Below are positions 1-9,769 of a stretch of DNA of 64,000 nucleotides, in pieces. Source of the DNA: an uncultured bacterium. GTDB taxonomy: Bacteria; Patescibacteriota; Kazan-3B-28. Within the stretch, counting starts at the first letter, position 1; each line of letters starts with the position of its first letter. The notes below the pieces were generated by a model. That model worked only from the letters and a program-made list of their open reading frames with translations. It searched no databases and was not told where the DNA came from. The stretch covers positions 477,456 through 541,455 of the forward strand of contig OY968788.1 in assembly GCA_963695435.1 (NCBI GenBank). The letters are read 5' to 3'. Position numbers and translations under genes: made by a program.

Positions 1-303
1 TTCCCAAATAATGTTGTGAAGAAATATTCCGGTGGAAGTGAAATTCCGTTTGAGCTGAAACCAGTGCCGGATCCATATCCGAAACTTGGCAATGCCACTC
101 AAATCTTCATTGATGCTGACACCAAGCTGTATGTATTGGATGTCGCGAACAATCGTGTGGTGGTTTTTGACCGAGAGGGATATTATGTCGGGCAATACAT
201 ATATTCTGGCATCAATAATCCGACCAACTTGGTGGTAGATGAGCCGAGCGGATTCATTTATATGACGGCGGGAACGGCAATCTACCGCCTGCCAATGAAG
301 TAG
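1..303 (+). CDS. NHL-repeat beta-propeller protein, C-terminal fragment (5' end outside window; frame 1 is open from nt 1)
   Basis: Frame open from position 1. The repeat signature YVLDVANNRVVVFDREGYYVGQ is NHL-type. Confidence 0.5.
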   Translation, partial: FPNNVVKKYSGGSEIPFELKPVPDPYPKLGNATQIFIDADTKLYVLDVANNRVVVFDREGYYVGQYIYSGINNPTNLVVDEPSGFIYMTAGTAIYRLPMK

Positions 304-644
304 CCCTCTTTTGTTTTGTCATGCTTGAGCGGAGCGAAGCATCTATAAGGATGTTTCTTTTTTGTTTCAAGGGTCTGCGCGACCCTTGTACCGCGGTTAC
401 TTTGTCTTGCCAAAGTAACCAAAGCGTCCCGCCAGTCGTCGGGCTTATTCATTGGCTAAATTGTCTTTCTTCGCTATCGGCAAACTCGCTACGCTCAAAC
501 AGTGCCTACGCCAGCGCCAATTTAGCTCAATTCAGTACAGCCCTCCTCCAATGGCGGAAGAGAAAGATGCTCTCACCTCCACCTTTAAAAATCCGTCATT
601 CTGAACTTGTTTCAGAATCTTTTTATCTATAGGATGATAGGACT

Positions 645-1085
645 ATGGTTATTCTCAATCGGCAGGCAGGATTCAATTACACCCTACTCGAGACATTCGA
701 GGCGGGTTTGGTTTTGACTGGCGGTGAAGTAAAGTCCATTCGTGCTGGTCAGGCAAACTTGGGAGATGCTTATGCGCGAATAAAAGATGGTGAGATTTGG
801 TTGAACAATCTCCATATTGCCCCCTACTCTCAAGCTAAGCAGGACGGTTATGAGCCGACTCATTCGCGTAAACTTTTATTGCACAAAAAAGAATTGGTTC
901 AGCTAACCAGCAAATTGCAGGAACAAGGATTGAGTTTGGTTCCGACAAAAATTTACAGCACCCACAACCACATCAAAGTTGAGTTGGCGCTGGCGAGAGG
1001 AAAAAAGAAATACGACAAGCGGGCAAGTATCAAACGCAAAGAAAGCGAACGGGAAATTTCCCGTAAGTTGCGGGTGAAACAATAG
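645..1085 (+). CDS. smpB: SsrA-binding protein SmpB
   Basis: 146 aa with typical SmpB sequence (GEVKSIRAGQANL...IYSTHNHIKVELALARGKKKYDKR basic tail). The tmRNA gene lies immediately downstream. Confidence 0.9.
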   Translation: MVILNRQAGFNYTLLETFEAGLVLTGGEVKSIRAGQANLGDAYARIKDGEIWLNNLHIAPYSQAKQDGYEPTHSRKLLLHKKELVQLTSKLQEQGLSLVPTKIYSTHNHIKVELALARGKKKYDKRASIKRKESEREISRKLRVKQ

Positions 1086-1192
1086 CTAGACTAATAGACG
1101 ATGGACTTATGGACGAATAGTCGCAAGTAATGGGTTGTGATAAATTTGGGTATAAAAAATCCCCTTAACCCCGGGGCGGGAACAGTAAGATG

Positions 1193-1498
1193 TCAGCTGG
1201 TGGCGACAGGAGAGCCCAGCAAGATATCGAGGCCTTCCCCCTCTACGGCCGCCCGAACAACCTGTCGAGTTGTCTCGTTTGGCTGTCCGTTGTCTTCGAT
1301 GAGGCCACGAGAGGCGAGGTAAGCTCTGTATTCATCCGACAACTGGTGCTTAGGGTTGCGGCATACAGCCACAAGCTCGCCGAATGACACTAAGTCCTTA
1401 ACGTCACCATCCATCAACGTATTCAGCGATGACATTATGGCGGCAACGACAGTTACGGGTAGCTCCTCTCCGGTCTTCAATTTTACCATATCTACCAT
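1193..1498 (-). CDS. Hypothetical small acidic protein (101 aa) between smpB and the tmRNA 3' end
   Basis: Longest and most protein-like ORF in the smpB-ssrA gap. GGGGG RBS-like run 7 nt upstream of the ATG. Two overlapping plus-strand ORFs (1137-1322, 1190-1387) are alternatives. Confidence 0.35.
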   Translation of the reverse strand: MVDMVKLKTGEELPVTVVAAIMSSLNTLMDGDVKDLVSFGELVAVCRNPKHQLSDEYRAYLASRGLIEDNGQPNETTRQVVRAAVEGEGLDILLGSPVATS

Positions 1499-1594
1499 AC
1501 GAACCCCCTTGAGTGAGATAGAAAGGTACTGGCTAATGGTATCTCAAAATATCTTTTCTGTCAAGCAAAAATCCGCTCTGGGAGCGGTTTTGTC

Positions 1595-1958
1595 TGGTGG
1601 AGCTGGGGGGATTCGCACCCCCGTCCAGAAAACAATTTTTGAGCGTTACTACATGCGTATTCGGTTTGATTTGGGTCCCTCACCATCCTCAAGCCGACAA
1701 AGCAATGACAAGGCAAGTTACTAAGTCTTAGGCGACAACAGTAACCGTTGCCGCAGCGGCTCAACTAATATTACACCGCTGACCTGCGCGGTTGAGCGCG
1801 CTCAGAAGCGATGGCATCCGCAATTAGGCGAATGCATTTGCGGTACGAAGACCGCCAAATGCGTTGGCATTTGTAGTTTTGTCTGGTTTTGCGTTACAAG
1901 ACATCAACGGCACGCAACTCTCAAAAATTAAGGTTCCCTGTCGAAGCTAGACAGCCCC
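1595..1958 (-). ncRNA. ssrA: tmRNA (ssrA), about 364 nt
   Basis: Minus strand reads 5'-GGGGCUGUCUAGCUUCGACAGGGAACC...GGACGGGGGUGCGAAUCCCCCCAGCUCCACCA-3'. Canonical tRNA-like 5'/3' ends with CCA. In-frame tag-like reading frame ...GCC AAC GCA UUU GGC GGU CUU CGU ACC GCA AAU GCA UUC GCC UAA (ANAFGGLRTANAFA-stop, possibly longer upstream) around 1824-1890. Adjacent to smpB. Confidence 0.85.
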
Positions 1959-2005
1959 ACAAGTTGTGCCAGTAGTCTAGAGCGTTATCTAATAAAAATC
2001 AAGGG

Positions 2006-4660
2006 CTACAACGGGACGACGAATTTTTGTCGTTTGCGTTTGATTACTCCCAGCAGATATGCGAGCGGAAGGCCGAGCAGGAGTTGTGCTAGTTGGAGAT
2101 ACAGGAGCCACAGCCAAGCGTAGCTGCTGCTAATGAGCCTCTCGGCGGTCAGTTGAGCTATGGGCAGCTGCCGACCAGTATCGGCAAGTCGGTAGGTTCC
2201 GATAACTGAAGTGTCTAGAATCTGTCCGATTATCGCATTACTGCCGTTGCGGATTTCATCCTGCTCGGCTCCGAGACTTATCAGCTCGTTCTCCAGTCGG
2301 GCGGTTTTGTCAGCGGTGCCCAGCCCGCGCAAAGTTGGTTGGCCAGTCGGGTAACTAACACCATTCTGCCAGTCCAATACTTCGGCGCCGGAATAAACAC
2401 CAGAATCACCAATGTAAATATGTCCGTTAGGCATCATAAATGTCTGGAAGCCATGGGTATCGTGCCGGAACATCAATACATTTTCATAAAGCTTCGACTC
2501 TCCCGTTTTTAGGTCGAAAATTTCATAAGTTGAGGAGGTGTGAGTGACGCTTTGGAAGTTTCCTCGGCTGTCTTTGACGATAATTGGTTGTTCGTCTCCA
2601 CCGATTATCGCTATTTTATCATCAGGCAAAATTACCACTTGATGTCCACTTCGACCGATTTTCAATTTGCCGATTTCTTCACTTTTGTTTGTCTTCGGAT
2701 TATAAATTTCGACACTCTTGGTGAATCCCAGTTTCACATTAAGTTTTTGTAAATCTGCCGCGCTCATTCCCAGTCCGCTGTAATACAATACTGGATCCAC
2801 CTTGCCGAATGTTTTGCCATAAAGAGTGATCGTGCCTGCCATCCAGTTTTGAGTATAGCGTCCATTATCAAGTGGTTCTTCTGCTGGTTGGCTCCCGACA
2901 TTTGCTATCCCGCCGACGATTACTACTTTCCCATCAAGGAGAGCGGTGACGGACTCGTCTTTTCTTGCGACAGCCAACTTACTATTTTTTGCTTCCGACC
3001 ATTTCTTGGTAGCAGCATTATATCGTTCGATATTATACGAGGGGTTGGTGTCGCGGCAGTTGCCCTGTTTTGGTGGCACGGCATCACAGGCGGGAATACC
3101 GGTCTGGGGAAGACCAATGCGATAAGTCGCGCCCCGAACTTCGACAATGTACCGCGCCTGCTCCTCCGCCAAATTGGCTTCATAGTTTTTTTGCAGAGCT
3201 GAAGTTTTCTTGGCTGTAGCCCAGACGCCTTGGGTCTTGAAATCGGTGCTAGGCCAGTCGGGCAAATTTGTTTTTGATTGGCTAATCGCTTCTTGTCCGG
3301 GAGTGCGTTCACTAGCGGGAGTATAAAGCACAGTTCGAGCCCCCAAGTACAGCACTCGTCCATCTGCCAGAGTGATGTCATTGTCGAACCCGATCCATTG
3401 GTCTTGGAGACTAGTGGATAATCTTGCTCTTGTAGTTTGATTCGCTGGCTGAAGCATTTTGTAGCCGTTCAAATCAATCAGCCAATGATACTGGGCTATA
3501 TCGTAAAAATTATTAGCGGCGAGTAAAACTGTTCCGTCAGCAAGAACCGAAACTCTATACTGCAATTTGAGCGGCGCTAGTGCTGCGGTTGTATTTTCGT
3601 CTGTAAATTCGGTGATCCCGGTCAGCAATTGTTCGCGAATTGGGAGAGCGGTTGCGAGCGTGATTGGTAATGATTGAAGATTTTCGGGATTGAATAAATA
3701 AATTTCATTGCCGAGCGAATTGCCGCCTGTTTCCCAATCGCTCCAGTTGATAGAACGCTCCCAACAAGCCAGCAACAGACCGTTGGGCAAACGCTCGATT
3801 GTTGTCGCTTTGGTAGTGTTGGAAACTGGCGTGAAAGTGAGTTTGGTTTTATCAAAAATAGCCAAACGATCGCTAAAAATCAAGACATCATCCCCCCTAT
3901 CGTAAGTGTTGGTAGTGGTAGTCGTAGGAATAGCATAGCCGTCTGTGCCAGTAAGCTCTTTCGACTCAATTTCTTTACCAACGAGGTCAAAAGTTTTGAT
4001 TATCCCAGTCGGCAGTTTGTCATAGTCGGGGTCGGTGATGAGCATATCTCTATGAGCCTTGCCTTTGATGCCGGCAATGGCGAATTTTTGGTCGTTGAGT
4101 TCTGCCAAAACACGAATTTCGCCGATTTGTTCTTGCCCTACGATGTCAATTACCTCACCACTATCCAAATTGATAATTTTCCCGTAAGCCCAGGTAGATT
4201 CTTCTCCCCCGCCGGAGAGTAGTTCTTCCGCTCCGCCAAAAATTATCACCACGGTGCTGTCGTTGATGAGAAGTGCTTGGCTTATTTCGCCTGACCCAAC
4301 ATTTTTTCTGAATACGATAGACTCGTGGCGCGGTGTAAAAGTGGTTGTGGTGGGATCAAAAATAATCGGCTCAATTTCTGTCGCAGATTTGTAGAGAATA
4401 TTGATTCTCCCGTCGCCCATTGTGCCGGATACCAAAAAATTCCTGGATGACTTGAAATCCAGAATGCTAAATGTGCCGTAATTAGCGGAAACTACCCGAC
4501 TAGTTGTTTCGGTCTGGGGAATTAGCGTTGGTTTGACTGCACAGCTCATCCTCCCGAACAGCAACCATAAGATTAGCCCAATCAGCATTACCCAAGGGAG
4601 CCAAGGCCATTTTGGCAGACGGTCGGATTCAGATTGTGGTGAGATAGAGTTTTCTAACAT
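2006..4660 (-). CDS. Membrane-anchored Kelch-like beta-propeller repeat protein (884 aa)
   Basis: N-terminal TM (WPWLPWVMLIGLILWLLF). Repeated GG-containing blade motifs (VVIIFGGAEE, KIAIIGGDEQ, GKVVIVGGIAN). Hydrophobic C-terminal segment followed by KRKRQK. Confidence 0.7.
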   Translation of the reverse strand: MLENSISPQSESDRLPKWPWLPWVMLIGLILWLLFGRMSCAVKPTLIPQTETTSRVVSANYGTFSILDFKSSRNFLVSGTMGDGRINILYKSATEIEPIIFDPTTTTFTPRHESIVFRKNVGSGEISQALLINDSTVVIIFGGAEELLSGGGEESTWAYGKIINLDSGEVIDIVGQEQIGEIRVLAELNDQKFAIAGIKGKAHRDMLITDPDYDKLPTGIIKTFDLVGKEIESKELTGTDGYAIPTTTTTNTYDRGDDVLIFSDRLAIFDKTKLTFTPVSNTTKATTIERLPNGLLLACWERSINWSDWETGGNSLGNEIYLFNPENLQSLPITLATALPIREQLLTGITEFTDENTTAALAPLKLQYRVSVLADGTVLLAANNFYDIAQYHWLIDLNGYKMLQPANQTTRARLSTSLQDQWIGFDNDITLADGRVLYLGARTVLYTPASERTPGQEAISQSKTNLPDWPSTDFKTQGVWATAKKTSALQKNYEANLAEEQARYIVEVRGATYRIGLPQTGIPACDAVPPKQGNCRDTNPSYNIERYNAATKKWSEAKNSKLAVARKDESVTALLDGKVVIVGGIANVGSQPAEEPLDNGRYTQNWMAGTITLYGKTFGKVDPVLYYSGLGMSAADLQKLNVKLGFTKSVEIYNPKTNKSEEIGKLKIGRSGHQVVILPDDKIAIIGGDEQPIIVKDSRGNFQSVTHTSSTYEIFDLKTGESKLYENVLMFRHDTHGFQTFMMPNGHIYIGDSGVYSGAEVLDWQNGVSYPTGQPTLRGLGTADKTARLENELISLGAEQDEIRNGSNAIIGQILDTSVIGTYRLADTGRQLPIAQLTAERLISSSYAWLWLLYLQLAQLLLGLPLAYLLGVIKRKRQKFVVPL

Positions 4661-4810
4661 TCCCCCGATTTGCTTACATCTCTTATATTACAGCATGGAG
4701 AGCCGCGGGTAATGAGTTATGAGTAATGAGGGGAAAAGGGCAGGGCCTGTCCCGTACCAGCCAACCGTAGAAAAATCGGCTTAGAGTTTTCCGGCTGGCT
4801 TGGTGCGGGA

Positions 4811-4839
4811 TTGACAAAAACGGAAAAATAAGATATAAT
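4811..4839 (+). promoter_or_regulatory. Sigma70-type promoter TTGACA-17-TATAAT for the 4904 gene
   Basis: Exact TTGACA (4811-4816), 17-nt spacer, TATAAT (4834-4839), 65 nt upstream of the ATG. Confidence 0.6.
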
Positions 4840-4903
4840 AATACAATAGTTTGGAAGGGCGTATATCTGTTGCCAAAAACGAAAAATAAACACCAATAGC
4901 CAA

Positions 4904-7900
4904 ATGTTCAAGCGACTCTTTGGACAACGTAAATACTTATCAGCCATTACGGCTGGGATTTTAGTTATCCAAACCTTCCTCCCCTCTGCTTGGGGTGTGC
5001 CAAAAGTGTTTGCCGAAGATGGTTTGACTTATACTTTGAGTTTTGATGATGCCGCCGATTACACAACCGATAGTAATATTGCCATTGGTCAGGATTTGAT
5101 GTATTTCAAAACCACTTGGAATCCAACGACCGATGGAACAGAGTTGGGCGGAGCTAATGATCCCGTAATAGATCTCGTTCCTGACTCGAGTGGCACAATT
5201 TGGGCAGTATTGAATGGCGGAGATGTTTATTATTCTGAAGATTCTGGAGCCACTTGGACTATAAAGGCAATCACGGGGATAACTAATACTCTTGAAATCG
5301 CGGAGGTAACATATGCTACAACTCCGGGAGTGGATTTGGTCGCGGTTGGCGAAACAGTTTCTTACTCTAGTGATGGAGGTGCGAACTGGACTGGGGCAAC
5401 GCTTCCCGTTATGGCACCGACTACATATGTAGCGGTTTCAGCATCTTCAGCGAACGGAGTAGCATATGTTGTAACATCAGATAATCCTGCGAAGGTTCTC
5501 GTAACAAGTGACGGCGGAGCTAACTGGGCGCTGACCGGCCAACAGCCAGGTACAATTGCCTCGGCTATTGATATCGCTTGGATTAGCTCCAATATTGTGG
5601 TGCTTGTAGGAAATGATGGCGGAACGGGTGGTGTTTTGGAATATTCAATGAACCCTGCCTTGATACCATGGGCCACTAAAGATTTGCCTGACACCGAACC
5701 ACTTCTGACTGAGGTGGATTATATCAACGGGAAAATTTATGTAGCGGGTGCTTCGGGAGCATTGGATGGTGTGTACATTGCCGTAAGTACTGACTTCAAC
5801 CCTAGCGGAGCTTGGACTAATCAGTCATCTGATTTGGTGGCGGATTATGACTTGGTTTATATATCCGATCTTTTAGGCAACAGCAACATTCCATTTTTTG
5901 TTGGTGCTGGGGGAGATAGAAAATCCGCCGTGTTCTGTAGTTTCGATAGTGGAGCCACTTGGCTCGAACAAAGCAACACTGCGCATGATGATTTAGGAAT
6001 TGCCCAATGGAGCGCGTTGGCAATTCAACCAACCACCAACTGGCTACTGATGGGAGGTGCTTTGGGCGGCAAGACCGATATTTTCTTAGGCAAGTATAGC
6101 TTGGCCAGTTCTTCAATCGTTGCCACAACTCCAATTTACAATGCTGTAAAAATTACGGCCCTTTCTGTTACAGAACATTCGCTAAGCAACGGCGAAGCTA
6201 AGTTTGCGTTTAGTCGGCAAAGTACTGATGCCGGCGAATGGTATTACTACGACACGGGCGCTAGTGCTTGGACGGCGGACGCCTCGGCGGATGATTCATC
6301 GAAAGCCAACACAATGGCGGAATTGACCGAAGTAGTTTTGGGCACAATGTTGGACACTATCCCCGCCACCGATTCGGCGCTTTATGTAAAAATCTATTCC
6401 CAAAATGCTACTGGGCAAATGTTGATTGCGGATAGTGTAACTATTACATATAACACTGCCGTTCTTGGGGGTGGTGGAGGCGGGACTGATGAAACTCGTC
6501 CAACTTCCAATATCAATCCTCTCCCCCGCTACACTACAGTGGCAGACGCTTGCAACCCCACCTTACATGTCACTGCTACTGCTACCGATGACAGCAGCGG
6601 AGTAAAACGGGTAACCTTGTATGTCGCTACAGATGACGACAAAATGCCTACTAGTTCTTTTGGTACTCTTTATTACGGGGAAGGTGTCGATCCGGAGTGG
6701 GAAACGGTAGGTTGGGAAGTCCCTGTAGATGATGGAAAAACTTATTATTTTGGAACTGCCGCAGCAGACAACGCGGGAAATTACGAACTTAAGTTCACTA
6801 GCAAGCAGGATAGCTATGGAAATTGGATAATAAGTGGTTGGAGTCCTCCCACCACGGTTTATGTTTATTCTCCTTACTTGGTAGAGTCTAAACCAGCCGA
6901 GGGAGAAGGAAGTTGGCCGACTGGTCAACCGGTGTCTCTCGAGTTTTCCGAATATATGGATCCCGGTAGCCTCACTTACAACTTTTATTCAGCAGAGGGC
7001 GAAGTGCCCAGTTCTGTTGTATGGAGCGATAAGAATGAAGATGAGACTGGTGCCAAAATCGCAACCATCACTCCCACTTCGAATGACGGCATACTGCTAG
7101 AACTGACTCGTTATAATTTCAGAATTAAAACCGCGACTGATTTGGCGGGCAATCGGATAGTGGATGTGGACACCCACTATACTTGTGAGCTCCAAGACGA
7201 AATCCGTTCTCCCCTACTCTTCTCATTCACTACTGCCAAGGAACCGCATCCGAACCTAACAAGTTCTAAACTGCAAGTGGCGCTTGGTTCTCACAACGGC
7301 AAGTACGCAGTGGGAGAAGAAGTGGAATATACCCTATATTTGCACAACACAGATAAAACAGTTGATGCTCCTAGCGTTACCGTCACTATTATTTTCGTAG
7401 ATGGGATTTCTTATGTTAGCGACAACAGTAAGGGTGGACTCTTCAGAAAATTAGAAAATAAAGGAAAAATAATTGGGCTGGAGTGGACAGGAAGTGTACT
7501 AAGAGACAGTGTCGTTGAGCCAAAATTCACGATGAGGGTAGGGGTGGATGGCTATGCCGCTCAATTGACTGTTGAACAGAACATGACCCTCAACGATGGT
7601 ATTAACGGCGACTTCACGCCAAGCCAACCTGCTATTTTCAATATAGTGCCTGATTCTCTTTTTACTACTTCCGAAAAAGAGTCTAACCGAACTGAAACTG
7701 TCGCGCCTGGCGCCGTTGTTACCTACACCGTAACCATTTACAACACAGGTTCTACGGTTGGTGATGTTGCCATTAGCGACCTTGTGCCGAGACATTATGA
7801 CAGTGCCTATGATACGCCAGAGTTTTATTATTCAGATCCTTCAATAGATACTGATGATAAACGCTGGTTAGACGAGTCCCCGTCATGGGACAAGGATACC

Positions 7901-9745
7901 GAAACCATCACAGGATTTGCGCAAGGCATTCAGAAAAATGACCCTCCCCTAGTCTTCACTTTCAAGGCGGTAATTCGTGATGTAACCGAAAAAAAAGATG
8001 TGACAAATACCGCTTATGTTTGGGATCCGAATATTGGTTCCGATGAACAAACTTCGCTTACTTCAAGCATCCATGTCTCGCCAACTGCGGAAAAAGATCC
8101 GTTGCAGGTTGTTTCTCAAAGCCCTGCACCAAATAGTGAAAATAACGGCTTCAAACAAAGTATCATAGTTGGCTTCAACTATCCTGTGGATCCCGAACAA
8201 TTCGAGTTTTCGTTATCCAACGAATTAGGGAGCGACACCACAACCTGGGGTCAGGCTTGGGACGAGACTAATACGATATTTACACTAACCGCACCTACGG
8301 ACGATCCCCTTTATGACGGGTTCCCTGGCGAACTAGCGGTTGGTTCAACTTATACAGTCACTATTATTTCGGCTGTTTCTTCAGAGGAAACTGTCGAGCC
8401 GTTGGAGAACCCCGTCACTTGGCAATTCACCACCGCTGACCCGTGGGTCAGAATTACTTATCCTTTTAGCAAAACAAATGAAATAAGAACCAACACTCTT
8501 AGCGACCTTTATACTGTCACTTTATGGGATACCATCTCCGACCGACCGTATATCGCGGAAGAGGATATTACATTAAATGTTTCTGCCAGTTTCGGCATTC
8601 ATTCACGCGACAGCGGGAAGTTTTGGAAACGAGACAATAACAACAATCTTGTCACTTTCAATGCTGGCAATCCGTTAGTGGTCCCCGAAGGAGCCAATGA
8701 GGCTGCTTTCTACTACAAGGATTCTGAAATTACTCCCATCCCTCTCATCCCTTCTGATCCTTGGTGCGTTACGATTCTTGTCGCCGATAGTTGGCCTGTT
8801 AACCAAGATCGGGGTTGGTCTGACGACCAAACATTTGTAACCGTGGTCGATACTGAACAGCCATTGCAGTCGCTGGTAATCAATCTGCCAAGTACGCCAA
8901 TCAATGTTAATAAGTTCAGCGCCCCAATCAGAATCACTGCCAAAGATGCCGAAGACCGCTCTGAATTCTTGCCCAAAGGAAACATATACTTCTATAGCGG
9001 TAGAATTACGGGAGCATTCTATGATGCCTCACAGCGCAAACTCCCCTACTTGATAACCGCCCAAGAAGAGAGTACCGAAGTTGTGCCGCAATATATTTTG
9101 AGTGACGGAAGCAAGTCGAGCATTACTGTGTATTATCTCGATTCCCAGTCGGGTAAGAATATTATGGTGGTCGCGGATAACTCCATATATGAGCCCGATA
9201 CTGGATTCAACGATGCTGTTGCATTCTTGAATGTCGAAGAAAAACTCGAAGAAGAAGAGCTGCTTGAAGAATTGGAAGAAGTGATTGATGACACAGGTCG
9301 GGTAATTGACAAGATGGTTATCAAGCCCGTTGAAGCCCAAATGTTGCCGGGCAAAACTCAACTCTTCAAAGCAACTGCGTACGATACCGAAGGTAAACCA
9401 ATTGATAACGCCAAGTTCAAGTGGTTCGTACTAATCGACCAAAGCGGAACCATCAAGAAGGATGGTGACGATAAGACTACCCATCGGAGTACCTTTACTG
9501 CTGGCGAAGAATTGGGTACCTATTACGATACGATTCTGGTTGCTACTTTATACAACGGCAAAATCGGTTATGCGACTGCTAGTGTGGCAGTGGTAGATGT
9601 AGTTGATTACAAAGGACCACAGAGATTACCTGTCACGGGTATGAATGGACTACAATTAGTATTGATGGGTTTGACCTTGCTGGCAGCTGTCGCTCTGGCT
9701 TGGGTAGAACATTACGATAAGACACATTTTAAGGCCACAAAGTAA
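4904..9745 (+). CDS. Giant secreted BNR/Asp-box repeat surface protein with C-terminal LPXTG sorting signal (1613 aa)
   Basis: Signal peptide. At least 4 SxDxGxTW Asp-box motifs (SEDSGATWT, SSDGGANWT, TSDGGANWA, SFDSGATWL). Ends LPVTG + hydrophobic stretch + HYDKTHFKATK. Confidence 0.8.
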   Translation: MFKRLFGQRKYLSAITAGILVIQTFLPSAWGVPKVFAEDGLTYTLSFDDAADYTTDSNIAIGQDLMYFKTTWNPTTDGTELGGANDPVIDLVPDSSGTIWAVLNGGDVYYSEDSGATWTIKAITGITNTLEIAEVTYATTPGVDLVAVGETVSYSSDGGANWTGATLPVMAPTTYVAVSASSANGVAYVVTSDNPAKVLVTSDGGANWALTGQQPGTIASAIDIAWISSNIVVLVGNDGGTGGVLEYSMNPALIPWATKDLPDTEPLLTEVDYINGKIYVAGASGALDGVYIAVSTDFNPSGAWTNQSSDLVADYDLVYISDLLGNSNIPFFVGAGGDRKSAVFCSFDSGATWLEQSNTAHDDLGIAQWSALAIQPTTNWLLMGGALGGKTDIFLGKYSLASSSIVATTPIYNAVKITALSVTEHSLSNGEAKFAFSRQSTDAGEWYYYDTGASAWTADASADDSSKANTMAELTEVVLGTMLDTIPATDSALYVKIYSQNATGQMLIADSVTITYNTAVLGGGGGGTDETRPTSNINPLPRYTTVADACNPTLHVTATATDDSSGVKRVTLYVATDDDKMPTSSFGTLYYGEGVDPEWETVGWEVPVDDGKTYYFGTAAADNAGNYELKFTSKQDSYGNWIISGWSPPTTVYVYSPYLVESKPAEGEGSWPTGQPVSLEFSEYMDPGSLTYNFYSAEGEVPSSVVWSDKNEDETGAKIATITPTSNDGILLELTRYNFRIKTATDLAGNRIVDVDTHYTCELQDEIRSPLLFSFTTAKEPHPNLTSSKLQVALGSHNGKYAVGEEVEYTLYLHNTDKTVDAPSVTVTIIFVDGISYVSDNSKGGLFRKLENKGKIIGLEWTGSVLRDSVVEPKFTMRVGVDGYAAQLTVEQNMTLNDGINGDFTPSQPAIFNIVPDSLFTTSEKESNRTETVAPGAVVTYTVTIYNTGSTVGDVAISDLVPRHYDSAYDTPEFYYSDPSIDTDDKRWLDESPSWDKDTETITGFAQGIQKNDPPLVFTFKAVIRDVTEKKDVTNTAYVWDPNIGSDEQTSLTSSIHVSPTAEKDPLQVVSQSPAPNSENNGFKQSIIVGFNYPVDPEQFEFSLSNELGSDTTTWGQAWDETNTIFTLTAPTDDPLYDGFPGELAVGSTYTVTIISAVSSEETVEPLENPVTWQFTTADPWVRITYPFSKTNEIRTNTLSDLYTVTLWDTISDRPYIAEEDITLNVSASFGIHSRDSGKFWKRDNNNNLVTFNAGNPLVVPEGANEAAFYYKDSEITPIPLIPSDPWCVTILVADSWPVNQDRGWSDDQTFVTVVDTEQPLQSLVINLPSTPINVNKFSAPIRITAKDAEDRSEFLPKGNIYFYSGRITGAFYDASQRKLPYLITAQEESTEVVPQYILSDGSKSSITVYYLDSQSGKNIMVVADNSIYEPDTGFNDAVAFLNVEEKLEEEELLEELEEVIDDTGRVIDKMVIKPVEAQMLPGKTQLFKATAYDTEGKPIDNAKFKWFVLIDQSGTIKKDGDDKTTHRSTFTAGEELGTYYDTILVATLYNGKIGYATASVAVVDVVDYKGPQRLPVTGMNGLQLVLMGLTLLAAVALAWVEHYDKTHFKATK

Positions 9746-9769
9746 TGAGTATTGGGTAATGAGTTATGA

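Noticed and set aside
321-632. ORF 321-632(+) (103 aa)
   Set aside because: It coincides with the 280-bp repeated noncoding element. Its translation is not conserved between the two element copies.
1356-1764. ORFs 1356-1724(+) and 1561-1764(-)
   Set aside because: Both lie entirely over the tmRNA gene (1595-1958) and have low-complexity translations, so they are spurious.
9133-9354. Poly-Ser ORF 9133-9354(-) and other antisense ORFs inside the giant genes (e.g. 5362-5694, 15184-15819, 37829-38014)
   Set aside because: They are antisense to long, well-supported CDS and are low-complexity reflections of the coding-strand acidic or Thr/Ser-rich repeats.
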